DNA from: Myxococcales bacterium
GTDB lineage: Bacteria; Myxococcota; UBA727; JABDBI01
Direction: 5' to 3'
Assembly: GCA_023248655.1 (NCBI GenBank)
Contig: JAHFEE010000001.1
Span: 1,543 to 39,692, forward strand
Length of the DNA stretch: 38,150 nt
The notes beneath the pieces are model-generated. The model was not told where the DNA came from. It made no database searches and saw only the letters and a program-made list of their open reading frames with translations. Shown here piece by piece: positions 10,912 to 21,371 of this stretch; the stretch's first letter is position 1; each line of letters opens with the position of its first letter. A program made the translations under genes and the position numbers.

Positions 10912-11949
10912 TTATTCCTTGTCTTTATAGTCATCTTCATTAGAAGAAGTTATTATTATAGTTTCGGTTCCTGGCTTTGATGGCCAATTACTTATTCTCA
11001 TACCGAGATATAAATTCATCTCGTTTAAAATTTCCTTAATTTCCTTAAGGCTTTTACGGCCAAAATTCTTTGTTTTTAACATTTCGCTTTCTGTTCTTTG
11101 AACTAAATCACCAATAAGTCTAATATTTGCATTGGCCAGACAGTTAGCAGAACGTACCGACAATTCTAATTCTCCTACTGGACGACTTAATTGATCACTT
11201 AATTTGTCTGTTCTTTGATTCGCTTCTAGAGGAACCGGCTCATCATCTTCAGAGAAACTTATAAAGATGGATAATTGTTCTTTTAGAATCTTTGCCGCAA
11301 TTCCAAGTGCATCCTCGGGAGAAACTGAACCATTGGTATGGATTTCCATAGTTAATTTATCATAATCAGTCTGCTGACCAACCCTTGCATTTGTAATTTG
11401 ATAATTAACTTTTCTAACTGGGCTAAATAGGCTATCTATTTGAACAGTTCCAATTGAATGTTCAGAATTTCTAATTGAATCAGCCGGAACATAGCTACGT
11501 CCATTTTTAATAACAAGTTCTGCGCTAAATTTGCCACCTTCAGATACTGTGCAGATATATTGTTCAGGATCCAACACCTCCAATAAAGCATCAGCCTTTA
11601 TATCTTTTGCAGTAACCACACAAGGACCAACTTTTGAAATATATCCAATTTTATAATCGGTTTCATGAAGTTTAATATTTATTTCTTTTAAATTTAAAAC
11701 TATTTCAACTCCATCTTCTTTTACGTATGGAATAGATGTAAATTCATGTTGAACGTTCTCTATTTTAATTGATGTAATAGCAGAGCCTTGCAGGGACGAT
11801 AGTAAAATCCGACGCAATGCATTTCCAAGAGTTACCCCGTAACCTCTTTCGAGAGGTTCGAGTACAAATTTGCCATATTTATTAGAACTAACATCACGGT
11901 CAATTACTAAACTTTTTGGTTTAATTAATGTTTGCCAATTACGATGCAT
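10912..11949 (-). CDS. rpoA: DNA-directed RNA polymerase alpha subunit
   Basis: 345 aa. Contains the N-terminal domain motif [13 protein letters not shown] and the C-terminal domain motif [11 protein letters not shown]....I..IGDLV. Confidence 0.97.
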   Translation of the reverse strand: MHRNWQTLIKPKSLVIDRDVSSNKYGKFVLEPLERGYGVTLGNALRRILLSSLQGSAITSIKIENVQHEFTSIPYVKEDGVEIVLNLKEINIKLHETDYKIGYISKVGPCVVTAKDIKADALLEVLDPEQYICTVSEGGKFSAELVIKNGRSYVPADSIRNSEHSIGTVQIDSLFSPVRKVNYQITNARVGQQTDYDKLTMEIHTNGSVSPEDALGIAAKILKEQLSIFISFSEDDEPVPLEANQRTDKLSDQLSRPVGELELSVRSANCLANANIRLIGDLVQRTESEMLKTKNFGRKSLKEIKEILNEMNLYLGMRISNWPSKPGTETIIITSSNEDDYKDKE

Positions 11950-12061
11950 ATCTTATTCACCTTCACTTTTGTTTTTTATGTTTTTATTGCTCTTACTTTT
12001 AACTCTTATCATTGTGCGTATAAAATTATTATTTATTTACTATTAGATATTGTGTACTTGA

Positions 12062-12448
12062 TTAAACTCTTCTCTGTTTTACCGGCCTGCAACCATTATG
12101 TGGCACAGGCGTTACATCCCTTATCATAGTAATTTTAATTCCGCAACTTGAAATTGCTCTAAGGGAAGATTCACGACCAGATCCTGGACCTTTTACATAA
12201 ACTTCTAAAGCTTTCATGCCATGCTCTTTAGCCTTTCGGCAAGCTTCTTCGGTTGCAATCTGAGCAGCCAGTGTGGTGTTTTTCTTGGACCCCTTAAAAC
12301 CCTTGCTTCCACATGTTGCCCAAGCAATGGTTGCGCCAGAATTGTCTGTTATTGTTATTATTGAATTATTAAAAGTAGTATAGATATGTGCTATACCGTG
12401 GGCTATATTTTTCTTAGTTCGTTTTTTAATTTTTACTGTAGAAATCAT
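12062..12448 (-). CDS. rpsK: 30S ribosomal protein S11
   Basis: 128 aa. Contains [19 protein letters not shown] and the C-terminal [16 protein letters not shown] signature. Confidence 0.96.
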   Translation of the reverse strand: MISTVKIKKRTKKNIAHGIAHIYTTFNNSIITITDNSGATIAWATCGSKGFKGSKKNTTLAAQIATEEACRKAKEHGMKALEVYVKGPGSGRESSLRAISSCGIKITMIRDVTPVPHNGCRPVKQRRV

Positions 12449-12465
12449 CTAAATTTACCAAACCT

Positions 12466-12828
12466 TTAACGACGGGTCATTGAACCGCGTTTTCCGCGCC
12501 GAGTGCGTGAATTTGAATGTGTTCTTTGACCTCTTACCGGCAAACCTTTTCTATGTCTAAGTCCACGATAACATCCTAAATCCATAAGACGTTTTATATT
12601 CATGGACACTTCACGTCGTAAATCTCCTTCAACCTTGCAAGTTGTATCAATCACGTCACGTATTCTGGCAATTTCTTCTTCACTTAATATGTCAGTTCGT
12701 TTATTTTCATCTACATTGGCTTCGTGTAAAATTTTTACCGAATTAACGGGTCCAATTCCATAGATATAAGTGAGAGCAAAACTCATTTTTTTATTTTTAG
12801 GAAGATCCACACCTGCGATACGTGCCAT
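12466..12828 (-). CDS. rpsM: 30S ribosomal protein S13
   Basis: The canonical start [10 protein letters not shown] is at 12828. The ORF-track start at 12873 would overlap rpmJ and add non-homologous residues. The basic C-terminal tail is typical. Confidence 0.95.
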   Translation of the reverse strand: MARIAGVDLPKNKKMSFALTYIYGIGPVNSVKILHEANVDENKRTDILSEEEIARIRDVIDTTCKVEGDLRREVSMNIKRLMDLGCYRGLRHRKGLPVRGQRTHSNSRTRRGKRGSMTRR

Positions 12829-12836
12829 ATTTAAAT

Positions 12837-12950
12837 TTATCCTTGTCTCTGCTTGTGACGGGTATCGTCGCAAATAACGCGAACAACACCACGACGTTTT
12901 ACTACCTTACATTTACTGCAAATCCTCTTGACAGAGGCTCGTACTTTCAT
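12837..12950 (-). CDS. rpmJ: 50S ribosomal protein L36 (37 aa; below the ORF-track size cut-off)
   Basis: Hand translation of the minus strand gives [37 protein letters not shown]. This has the Cys-x2-Cys...Cys-x4-His zinc ribbon typical of L36. An AGGAG Shine-Dalgarno lies 7 nt upstream. Confidence 0.93.
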   Translation of the reverse strand: MKVRASVKRICSKCKVVKRRGVVRVICDDTRHKQRQG

Positions 12951-12979
12951 AGATTCAGCTCCTATGGGATGACTTTGGT

Positions 12980-13007
12980 GTTTTAATGATTTTATATATT
13001 TTGTCAA
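12980..13007 (-). promoter_or_regulatory. Candidate sigma70-type promoter for the rpmJ-rpsM-rpsK-rpoA-rplQ unit
   Basis: On the minus strand: TTGACA (13007-13002), a 16-nt spacer, then TAAAAC (12985-12980), about 30 nt upstream of the rpmJ ATG. This is a by-eye motif match only, in AT-rich sequence. Confidence 0.35.
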
Positions 13008-13334
13008 TAGGTAATCAAATAGAAGAGCTGTTTACTAGATAGTCTTAAGTAAAGTTTATATTTTACCACCTTTATTTTTATTTCTTTATTTATATTTTTT
13101 ATTTATTATTTATTGCATAACATAAGAGTAATAATAAGTTGTAAAAACGATTTTAAGTAAAAGTAAACAAAACAGGCTAGCAAAAATACAGTTGCCATCA
13201 TTATTAAATATCAAATGAATTTTAAATTTTAAAAAATATCTCAATTTTTAATATGACAGTGGTGGTAACATGATAAGGGTGATATTGACAATGTGGAGTT
13301 TTGTCTAGAAATGAAATTATAATGGAATTTTTCC

Positions 13335-14411
13335 GTGAGCATATCAACATTTAACAATACAAAAAATAAAAGTGATAGTATTTGGATAGATTTAAAAAAT
13401 AATCCTAAAAATTATCGAGCAGTGACCGGGGACAGGCCAACGGGACCGCTTCATATCGGTCATTACTTTGGGACATTGAAAAATCGAGTATTTTTGCAAA
13501 ATCTTAACATTGAAAATTATATAGTAATAGCAGATTATCAAGTATTAACAGATCGAAATTCGAATCAAGAAACGCTCAATTACATTAAAGAAATTATTTT
13601 AGACTATTTGGCCGCAGGGCTTGATCCTATCAATAAGAAGACTGTAATCTTTACACATAGTAGCGTTCCAGAATTAAATCAACTTTTGTTGCCATTTTTA
13701 AGTTTAGTGAAAATGTCAGAACTGGAAAGAAATCCAACTGTAAAAGATGAAATTAAGGCAGCTAATTTGAATGCAATTAATGCTGCCATGATGGTATATC
13801 CTGTACATCAGGCTGCAGATATTTTATTCTGTAATGGAAATCTGGTTCCAGTAGGCAGAGACCAATTGCCTCACTTGGAATTATCTAGAAAAATAGCTAA
13901 ACGATTTAATGAAAGATATGGCACAATATTTTTTGAGCCCAATGCGTTATTGAGTGAATTTCCAGTAATATTAGGCTTAGATGGAAAACAAAAAATGAGC
14001 AAAAGTCGAAAAAATGCCATTTCTTTAAATTTAACAAGTGATGAAACTGCAAATTTAATAAGAAAAGCTAAAACAGATAATGAATGCGTTATTACTTATG
14101 ATCCCTGCGGAAGACCGGAGATAGCCAATTTATTACATTTATTAACAATGTGCACAGGAGAAAGCTCGGAAAAGATTGCTGACAGAATTGGGGATCGTGG
14201 ATCTTGGTATTTAAAAACAAATTTGATTGATGGTCTAAATTCTTATTTGGAGCCATTTCGAAAAAAACGAATTGAATTAAGCAAGGACACTGGTTTTTTG
14301 TTTAAAATCTTAGAAAATGGAAATGAAAAAGCTCGATGCTTGGCATCTGAAACTTTGAAAAGGGTTAGGGAAAAAATGAAAATGCTTTACCTGGAACACG
14401 GTAACAAATAA
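13335..14411 (+). CDS. trpS: Tryptophanyl-tRNA synthetase
   Basis: 358 aa. Contains the HIGH motif (PTGPLHIGHYFG), KMSKS (KQKMSKS) and the class Ic TrpRS block VPVG.DQ..H.EL.R.IA.RFN. A GTG start is inferred because there is no in-frame ATG near the N-terminus. Confidence 0.9.
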   Translation: MSISTFNNTKNKSDSIWIDLKNNPKNYRAVTGDRPTGPLHIGHYFGTLKNRVFLQNLNIENYIVIADYQVLTDRNSNQETLNYIKEIILDYLAAGLDPINKKTVIFTHSSVPELNQLLLPFLSLVKMSELERNPTVKDEIKAANLNAINAAMMVYPVHQAADILFCNGNLVPVGRDQLPHLELSRKIAKRFNERYGTIFFEPNALLSEFPVILGLDGKQKMSKSRKNAISLNLTSDETANLIRKAKTDNECVITYDPCGRPEIANLLHLLTMCTGESSEKIADRIGDRGSWYLKTNLIDGLNSYLEPFRKKRIELSKDTGFLFKILENGNEKARCLASETLKRVREKMKMLYLEHGNK

Positions 14412-14612
14412 TTGCATTATTTTATTATTGTTATTGGCTCTTGAAAATTATTATCCTGTTTCAAGCAAAGCAATATATTTAAAATTAATTCACTGGTTAA
14501 TTGTGTAAATTTTGCAATTTAACAGAATTGTGATTGCGAATATATGTTGCTTAGTGCTGTGTATATATATTTTTATTGTATCGTTAATATAATATATGAT
14601 ATCAAATTACCT

Positions 14613-14894
14613 ATGCAAATTTCTATGGATTGTATTGAAAAAATAGCCAATCTCGCCATGCTTGCTTTGAGCAAAACCGAACTAGAAACCTATAAAAAAG
14701 ATTTAGAAAATATACTAAACTATGTTAAAGTATTAGAAAGTGTTGATACATCTAAAGTGGAACCAATTAGGTGTGTTATCCCAATTGAATTAAATGAACG
14801 AGTAGATGAAGTTCATGAAAAGATTGGTGAATCAAGTTTGAGAAATTCAGCTGGGTTTGAGAATAATTTAATCAAGGTTCCTAAGATTATATAA
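14613..14894 (+). CDS. gatC: Asp/Glu-tRNA amidotransferase subunit C
   Basis: The start is taken at MQISMDCIEKIANLAMLAL..., which aligns with the GatC N-terminus. The upstream 23 aa of the ORF are hydrophobic and non-homologous. The gene lies directly upstream of gatA. Confidence 0.85.
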   Translation: MQISMDCIEKIANLAMLALSKTELETYKKDLENILNYVKVLESVDTSKVEPIRCVIPIELNERVDEVHEKIGESSLRNSAGFENNLIKVPKII

Positions 14895-14950
14895 ATAATT
14901 AATGATTTTAATAAACATGTTTACGGATCAAATTTAATAAATTTTGCATT

Positions 14951-16411
14951 ATGAATAATATAAATACATTAACACAGGCTAGTATTGCGTTGAAATTTGG
15001 CAAAACAACAAGCGTCGAATTGACGCAGAAATGTATTCAACGCATTGAATCCATCGATGAAAATATTGGCTGTTATCTATGTGTAGATAAAATTGGTGCA
15101 ATGAAGCAGGCTATTGATTCGGATGCAAGAAGAAAATTTAATCAATCACTTGGCGAATTAGATGGCATTCCCATTGGAATCAAGGATATGATTTCCTGTA
15201 AAGGTTTGCCTTTAAATGCGTCTAGTAAAATTTTACAAGATTATTTAGCATCATATGACGCCACTGTTATCAGAAATTTAAGATCAAAAGGCGCAGTAAT
15301 AATTGGAAAATTAAATCAAGACGAATTTGGAATGGGCTCTTCGGGTGAAAACAGTGCATACAAAATATGCAAAAATCCAGTTAATCTTAGTAGAACCCCG
15401 GGTGGTTCTTCGAGTGGTTCTGCTGCGGCAATCGCTGCCAATTTAGCATTTGGAACACTTGGCACTGATACCGGAGGGTCGGTTCGACAGCCAGCGGCAT
15501 TTACTGGAACTGTCGGCATAAAACCTACTTATGGCAGAGTTTCAAGATTTGGAGTAATAGCTTTTGCTAGTTCACTGGATCAAGTTGGAGTGTTTGGACA
15601 TAAGGTTGAAGATGCTGCAACATTATTATCTGGTATAGCTGGATATGATGAACAAGATTCAACAAGTATTAAAATTTCAGTTCCAAATTATAATTTGACA
15701 TTAAATAGAGACATAAAAGGAGTAAGAATTGGAATTCCTAAGGAATATTTAAACAAAGATGTTGCACTGGACCCGGAAGTAAAAACTTGTGTAGAAAACG
15801 CTATTTCAAGGCTCAGAACCCTCGGTGCAAAAGTTTATTTTATTTCCTTACCTCATGTTCATTTATCTGTTGCGGCTTATCATATCATTTCAACAGCGGA
15901 AGCTTCATCCAATTTGGCAAGATATGATGGAATAAGATATGGGCCAAGGATTGGTTTTGAGGGCGGATTTAAAAATTTATATAAAGAAACTAGAGGAAAA
16001 TTATTTGGAGCAGAGGTTAAAAGACGTATCCTGTTGGGAACATTTGTCCTAAGTGCTAGTTGTTATGATTCATATTATATTAAAGCGCAGAAAATTCGTT
16101 CCTTGATTGTTGATGATTTCAGAAATGCTTTCACGCTTGTTGACGCAATTATATGTCCAACGGTTCCAAGTGTAGCATATCCATTGGGAGAAAGAATAAA
16201 TGATCCTCTTAAGATGTATTTAGGGGATATTTTCACAATTCCGGCTAATTTGGCTGGTTTGCCAGGAATTTCAATTCCAGGCGGTTTTTCCAAAGAAAAT
16301 CTTCCTATTGGTATTCAATTAATTGGTCGACCATTTGAGGAATCAAATATTTTAAATATTGCACATATGTTAGAAAAAATATTGAAAATAAATAATGAGC
16401 CAGTTAAATAA
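14951..16411 (+). CDS. gatA: Glutamyl-tRNA(Gln) amidotransferase subunit A
   Basis: 486 aa. Contains the amidase signature GGSSGGSAAA.A and ...GTDTGGSVRQPA. Confidence 0.95.
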   Translation: MNNINTLTQASIALKFGKTTSVELTQKCIQRIESIDENIGCYLCVDKIGAMKQAIDSDARRKFNQSLGELDGIPIGIKDMISCKGLPLNASSKILQDYLASYDATVIRNLRSKGAVIIGKLNQDEFGMGSSGENSAYKICKNPVNLSRTPGGSSSGSAAAIAANLAFGTLGTDTGGSVRQPAAFTGTVGIKPTYGRVSRFGVIAFASSLDQVGVFGHKVEDAATLLSGIAGYDEQDSTSIKISVPNYNLTLNRDIKGVRIGIPKEYLNKDVALDPEVKTCVENAISRLRTLGAKVYFISLPHVHLSVAAYHIISTAEASSNLARYDGIRYGPRIGFEGGFKNLYKETRGKLFGAEVKRRILLGTFVLSASCYDSYYIKAQKIRSLIVDDFRNAFTLVDAIICPTVPSVAYPLGERINDPLKMYLGDIFTIPANLAGLPGISIPGGFSKENLPIGIQLIGRPFEESNILNIAHMLEKILKINNEPVK

Positions 16412-16738
16412 GAATAACCTCAAATTATTGTATGGTAATTTAAAACTCACGCTGATATGTATATGCAGAATTGCAAATTGAATTTTATGGGCACAGATTT
16501 CAATATATTGTCTGTGTTGAAATAATAGAATTTAAGCTAAATTTTAAAATAGCCACTAATTCGGTGTTTAGTGTTAATATTAAAATAAAACATAGATCAT
16601 CAAAGTAATTACAAATTTTTGAATTGCATTTGAATTATAAAATCTACTCCCCGATTTAATCAATGTATTATTTTAAGATGCAATAATCGTTAAATCAAAA
16701 TTCTTGTCACCGTCAAAACTCTCTGTTAGCTAAATTAA

Positions 16739-17989
16739 ATGAATCTAATGCTTAAATCCGTCATATCTGCATCAATTGGAAATGTATTAGAATGGTATGA
16801 TTACACATTATATGCATATTTTGCCACAGTGATCACTGTTTTATTTTTTCCATTTGGAGATCAATATACAGCTGCATTGTTAACGTTTGCTACATTTTCA
16901 GTTGGGTTAATAGCTAGACCAATTGGTGGTTTGATTTTTGGTTACATTGGAGATCGTTACAGTCGAAAACAATCATTACTGATAAGTGTTTTATTGATGT
17001 CGATTCCAACTTTGTGTATAGGGTTACTTCCTACTTATAAAGATATTGGAATTTTTGCTCCAATATTGCTAATAATTTGCAGGATCGTTCAAGGTATTGC
17101 ACTGGGTGGTGAATTTGGTTCTTCGTGTGTCTATCTTTACGAGTCAGTCCCACTTGTAAGACGTGGATTTTTTGGAACATTGGCCTTAACTAGTGTTGGA
17201 ATAGGATTAATGCTGAGCTCATGCACTATTCTTCTTATTGAGCATTTCTTTTCCAGTGAACAAATATTTCTTTTTGCTTGGCGAATCCCTTTTCTTTTAA
17301 GCGCGACGGGGGCTTTGCTTAGTCTTTGTATGCGACGAATGCTTATTGAAAGCAAGGATTTTGAAAGGAAAAAATTAGACAATGATTTAGTTAAAAACCC
17401 TTTTTTCGAACTGATGACTAATTATAAAAAAAAGATTTTTTTCCTGTTTTCTGTTTTTCTAACAACTCAAATTTCATTTTTTATAGTTTTTATTTACGGA
17501 AAAAATATGATGATCAACCATTTGGGATTTGAAAATTTAACAGCTAGTAAGTTTAATTTGTTAATTGTGTCGAGTTATACTTTGTCGACATTGTTTGCGG
17601 GTTATCTATCTGATATTTTCAATAAAAAGATCATGATTTTAATTGGAATAGTTGGTATTTTCATAAGTTCGGTTCCATTTGTTTTTGCTTTGCAAAATGG
17701 CGATCATAAACTTATTTTTATTGTTTCTGTTTTATTGGGTATTTTCATAGGGATTTCGGAAGGCGTATTGAATCCATTAGTTGCAGAATCTTTTCCGGTT
17801 AAAATTCGCACAACTGCAGTTTCGTTTTGTTGGAATTTTAGTTCAGTTATTTTTGGAGGCTCTGCACCGTTGATTGTAATGAGTTTAATTAGATTTACGG
17901 GAAATATTTATTATGTATCAATATATCTTATGGCTGCATGTTTTGTAAGTTTTATCAGTATTTCAAGAAATTATTTTCGAAATTTTTAA
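16739..17989 (+). CDS. MFS transporter, metabolite:H+ symporter (MHS; ProP/KgtP-like) family
   Basis: 416 aa with about 12 TM segments. The N-terminus G...EWYDY.LY is the MHS family hallmark, and the loop 2-3 motif G...GD..GRK-like (GYIGDRYSRK) is present. It lacks the ProP C-terminal coiled coil. Confidence 0.8.
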   Translation: MNLMLKSVISASIGNVLEWYDYTLYAYFATVITVLFFPFGDQYTAALLTFATFSVGLIARPIGGLIFGYIGDRYSRKQSLLISVLLMSIPTLCIGLLPTYKDIGIFAPILLIICRIVQGIALGGEFGSSCVYLYESVPLVRRGFFGTLALTSVGIGLMLSSCTILLIEHFFSSEQIFLFAWRIPFLLSATGALLSLCMRRMLIESKDFERKKLDNDLVKNPFFELMTNYKKKIFFLFSVFLTTQISFFIVFIYGKNMMINHLGFENLTASKFNLLIVSSYTLSTLFAGYLSDIFNKKIMILIGIVGIFISSVPFVFALQNGDHKLIFIVSVLLGIFIGISEGVLNPLVAESFPVKIRTTAVSFCWNFSSVIFGGSAPLIVMSLIRFTGNIYYVSIYLMAACFVSFISISRNYFRNF

Positions 17990-18365
17990 TTGATTAATTT
18001 AAAATAAATAGGATTAAATATTTTGCTATTTAGCATAAAGCACAGATAAAAGATTTACATATTTCAAACTTCAAATTTCAGAAGTTAACATTTTATGATT
18101 ATATAAAATTAAATATAAACTATTTGATGAGTTATCGAGTTTGCTTAAAGTATTAAAATAAAATAAATCAACATAGCTGTCTATGCTATAAATTGACTAG
18201 ATGCAAAATACTATAAAATTGGGTTGTGAATTATTCAATAATTGTCTTACATCTTTGATTTATTATTTAATGATTGAAATAACGGCGTTATTTGTTGTAG
18301 TCTCTTGTTATATTAATGCATCCATGTGATATTGGTATAAATTTCTAATTTTGGTTCCGTAATAT

Positions 18366-21302
18366 ATGCAAAATAAAATAGAATCTCTTGGTGTTGAAAT
18401 TTTCAAGGAAATGAAGGGTGAAAAACCTAATGTTTTCAATGGATATTATTGGCACAACAAATTGATGGACTGGGTAATGAAAGACCCAAAATTTAAAACC
18501 GGTTTGTTTCGATTCGTAGATGCTTTTCCACAGCTCAGAACATCAAAGCAAATAATAGAACATTTGCGACAATGTATTTTCGATGACATGGGTAGTGAAA
18601 ATAAAAACATACAAAGGATCTATAATTTAATAGATACTACTTTAATTAAGATATCTGATTCTGTTTTATCCAATATATTTGCTTCCATTATTCGTAAAAA
18701 CATACGCAATATGGCAACGCGTTTCATTGTCGGCAATAATGCAGAAAATGCGTTAAAAAAATTACATATTTTACATAGAAATCAAATTGGTTTCACTGTG
18801 GATCTTTTAGGCGAATATACGCTTAGCGAATTTGATGCAGAGCAATACAGACTGCGCTATATGGATTTAATTGAAAATTTAGCAAAAAAAACACTTGAAT
18901 GGGAATTCGGCAAGAATATTGACATTACTCCCCGTGTCAATGTTTCGATTAAAATTAGTGCTCTTGAATCTCAATTAAAATCAACAGATTTGAAAGGTTC
19001 CGTAAATCGCGCTTATGAAAAAATTTTGCCACTATTTTTATCTGCAAAAAAAAACAAAGTATTTTTAAATTGTGATCTTGAGCAATGGGAAATGCATAAT
19101 ATAACTTACGATCTATTTGAATCTATTGTTATGCATCCCGAATTAAGAGATTATCCTTACTTTGGAATTGTATGTCAATCATATTTAAGAAACTCGAATC
19201 TAGATCTTGAAAGATTACTTGCCCTGGTACAGAAAAGAGGAACTCCAATCTGTGTCCGATTAGTTAAAGGAGCGTATTGGGATTTTGAAGTCATAAACGC
19301 AAAACAAAAAGGCTTCACTTGTCCCGTCTTCACAAACAAATACGAGAGTGATTTAAATTATGAATGCCTCAGTCGTTTTTTGCTAGATAATTTTGAAAGT
19401 CTTAATCCTGCATTTGGGAGTCATAATCTACGATCAATTTGTCATGCAATTACATATGCAGAACAAAATAAAATTTCTGTAGATAAATATGAAATTCAAA
19501 TGTTGTACGGAATGGCGGAACCGGAACGCAGGGTTCTGTCTTCTCGTGGGCATCGTATTCGTGTTTATGCTCCAATTGGAGAGCTGTTTTCAGGAATGGC
19601 CTATCTCGTTAGAAGACTTTTGGAGAATACTTCAAATTCTGGGTTTTTAAAACTTACACACAAGGACAATGTAGATCCAATGACACTATTAGCTAAACCA
19701 AATTACACACACAGTATTTCACAAGAAAAAATAGAAAATTTTGAAAATTGTCAATTTCTTGATTTTACAGAAATTGATAACTGTGAAAAATTTCAACAAT
19801 CAATAGAGAGTTGGATTAATAAATTTCCAATTCGGGTTCCGGTAATAATTTCCGGAGAAAAACAGAGCGGGCAATCTATTTTTAAACGTTTTAATCCAAA
19901 CAATACAAATATCTTACTTGCAGAAGTAGAACTGGCAAGTATATCTCAAGCCGAGACTGCTGTGCAGAAAGCTTTTTTCGCCTTTGAGAACTGGCAATCA
20001 ATAAAACTTTCAGAGCGAACCAGTATGCTGTTAAGACTTGGAGATTTGTTAAAGATTAATCGAATTAAACTTGCTGCTTTACTGTGTCACGAGATAGCAA
20101 AACCTTGGGCTGAGGCCGATGCTGAAGTTGGAGAAGCGGTTGATTTTTGTAATTATTATGCACAACAAGCATTTAATGAAATTGGTCAAAAAAAACAAGG
20201 AAATTTATGGGGAGAAGATAATATTCTCACCTATGAAGGCAGAGGTCCAACTTTAATCATTTCTCCCTGGAATTTTCCTTTAGCTATTCTGTGTGGCATG
20301 ACTGTAGCGGCTCTGGTTTCAGGTAATCCAGTTATAATAAAGCCGGCTGAAAATTCATCATTGATAGCTAATATTTTTTTTGAGTTAATCCTTGAAGCTG
20401 GATTTCCGGTGGAAGTGTGTCAATTCCTTCCCGGACAAGGAAGCCTTGTTGGTGCTTATTTAGTTGAACATCCATTGATAGCACAAATAGCTTTCACTGG
20501 AAGCAAGGAAGTTGGTCTTTCTATAATTGAAAAAGCTTCAAGAGTTGTTCCAGGTCAATTACAAATAAAGCGTGTAATTTGCGAAATGGGTGGCAAGAAC
20601 GCAATTATAATTGACGAAAGCGCTGATATTGATGAAGCAGTTTCGGGTGTTATTCAAAGTTCTTTTAGTTTTTCTGGACAAAAATGTTCAGCCTGCTCAC
20701 GCTTGTTAGTACATGATACTGTTTATGATTTATTTATCAAAAGGCTCATTGAAGCTTGTCGTAGCTTGATTATCGCACCAGCAACTGATCCGGCCTGTTC
20801 ATTGCCGCCTGTAATTGATTCGCTGGCAAGGGAGCGGCTTTTGAGTGAAATCACACATGCAAAAGATGAATTTAATATTTTATTTGAAGGTTCTGTAAAA
20901 AATGAGGGCAATTTTGTACCACCTACCCTAATCGAAGTAGATGAATTCAATGGTCATTTGATGAACACTGAATTATTCGGTCCCATTGTTACAGTATTGA
21001 GAGTTAAAAGTTTTGAAAATGCAATCAATATCGCAAATTCAACTGAATTCGCGTTGACTGGCGCTGTTTATTCCAGGAGCCCATTAAATTTAGAAAAAGC
21101 TAGAAAAACTTTCAAAGTTGGAAACCTTTATCTGAATCGTGGAAGCACTGGCGCCATGGTTCACAGGCAGCCATTTGGTGGCTTTAGGATGAGTGGATTT
21201 GGCATTAAAGCAGGCGGTCCTGGATATCTTTTGCATTTCGTTAATATAAAGTGCGTTACCGAGAATACTATGCGTCGAGGTTTCGTAGCGGATCTTGCAT
21301 AA
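18366..21302 (+). CDS. putA: Bifunctional proline dehydrogenase / L-glutamate-gamma-semialdehyde (P5C) dehydrogenase PutA, without an N-terminal DNA-binding domain
   Basis: 978 aa. The N-terminal half has the PRODH barrel motifs (VRLVKGAYWD, AYLVRRLLENTSN). The C-terminal half has ALDH motifs (EMGGKNA, the catalytic Cys in GQKCSA, and ELFGP). Confidence 0.93.
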   Translation: MQNKIESLGVEIFKEMKGEKPNVFNGYYWHNKLMDWVMKDPKFKTGLFRFVDAFPQLRTSKQIIEHLRQCIFDDMGSENKNIQRIYNLIDTTLIKISDSVLSNIFASIIRKNIRNMATRFIVGNNAENALKKLHILHRNQIGFTVDLLGEYTLSEFDAEQYRLRYMDLIENLAKKTLEWEFGKNIDITPRVNVSIKISALESQLKSTDLKGSVNRAYEKILPLFLSAKKNKVFLNCDLEQWEMHNITYDLFESIVMHPELRDYPYFGIVCQSYLRNSNLDLERLLALVQKRGTPICVRLVKGAYWDFEVINAKQKGFTCPVFTNKYESDLNYECLSRFLLDNFESLNPAFGSHNLRSICHAITYAEQNKISVDKYEIQMLYGMAEPERRVLSSRGHRIRVYAPIGELFSGMAYLVRRLLENTSNSGFLKLTHKDNVDPMTLLAKPNYTHSISQEKIENFENCQFLDFTEIDNCEKFQQSIESWINKFPIRVPVIISGEKQSGQSIFKRFNPNNTNILLAEVELASISQAETAVQKAFFAFENWQSIKLSERTSMLLRLGDLLKINRIKLAALLCHEIAKPWAEADAEVGEAVDFCNYYAQQAFNEIGQKKQGNLWGEDNILTYEGRGPTLIISPWNFPLAILCGMTVAALVSGNPVIIKPAENSSLIANIFFELILEAGFPVEVCQFLPGQGSLVGAYLVEHPLIAQIAFTGSKEVGLSIIEKASRVVPGQLQIKRVICEMGGKNAIIIDESADIDEAVSGVIQSSFSFSGQKCSACSRLLVHDTVYDLFIKRLIEACRSLIIAPATDPACSLPPVIDSLARERLLSEITHAKDEFNILFEGSVKNEGNFVPPTLIEVDEFNGHLMNTELFGPIVTVLRVKSFENAINIANSTEFALTGAVYSRSPLNLEKARKTFKVGNLYLNRGSTGAMVHRQPFGGFRMSGFGIKAGGPGYLLHFVNIKCVTENTMRRGFVADLA

Positions 21303-21371
21303 ACTTATGCGCAATATGTTCCATAAAGGTCATTTCATTGTCACACCTTCTGTAGTATCTATAAAATTATA

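Noticed and set aside
12829-12873. N-terminal 15-aa extension of the S13 ORF (ORF-track start at 12873)
   Set aside because: The extension overlaps the rpmJ coding sequence. The canonical S13 start MARIAGV is at 12828.
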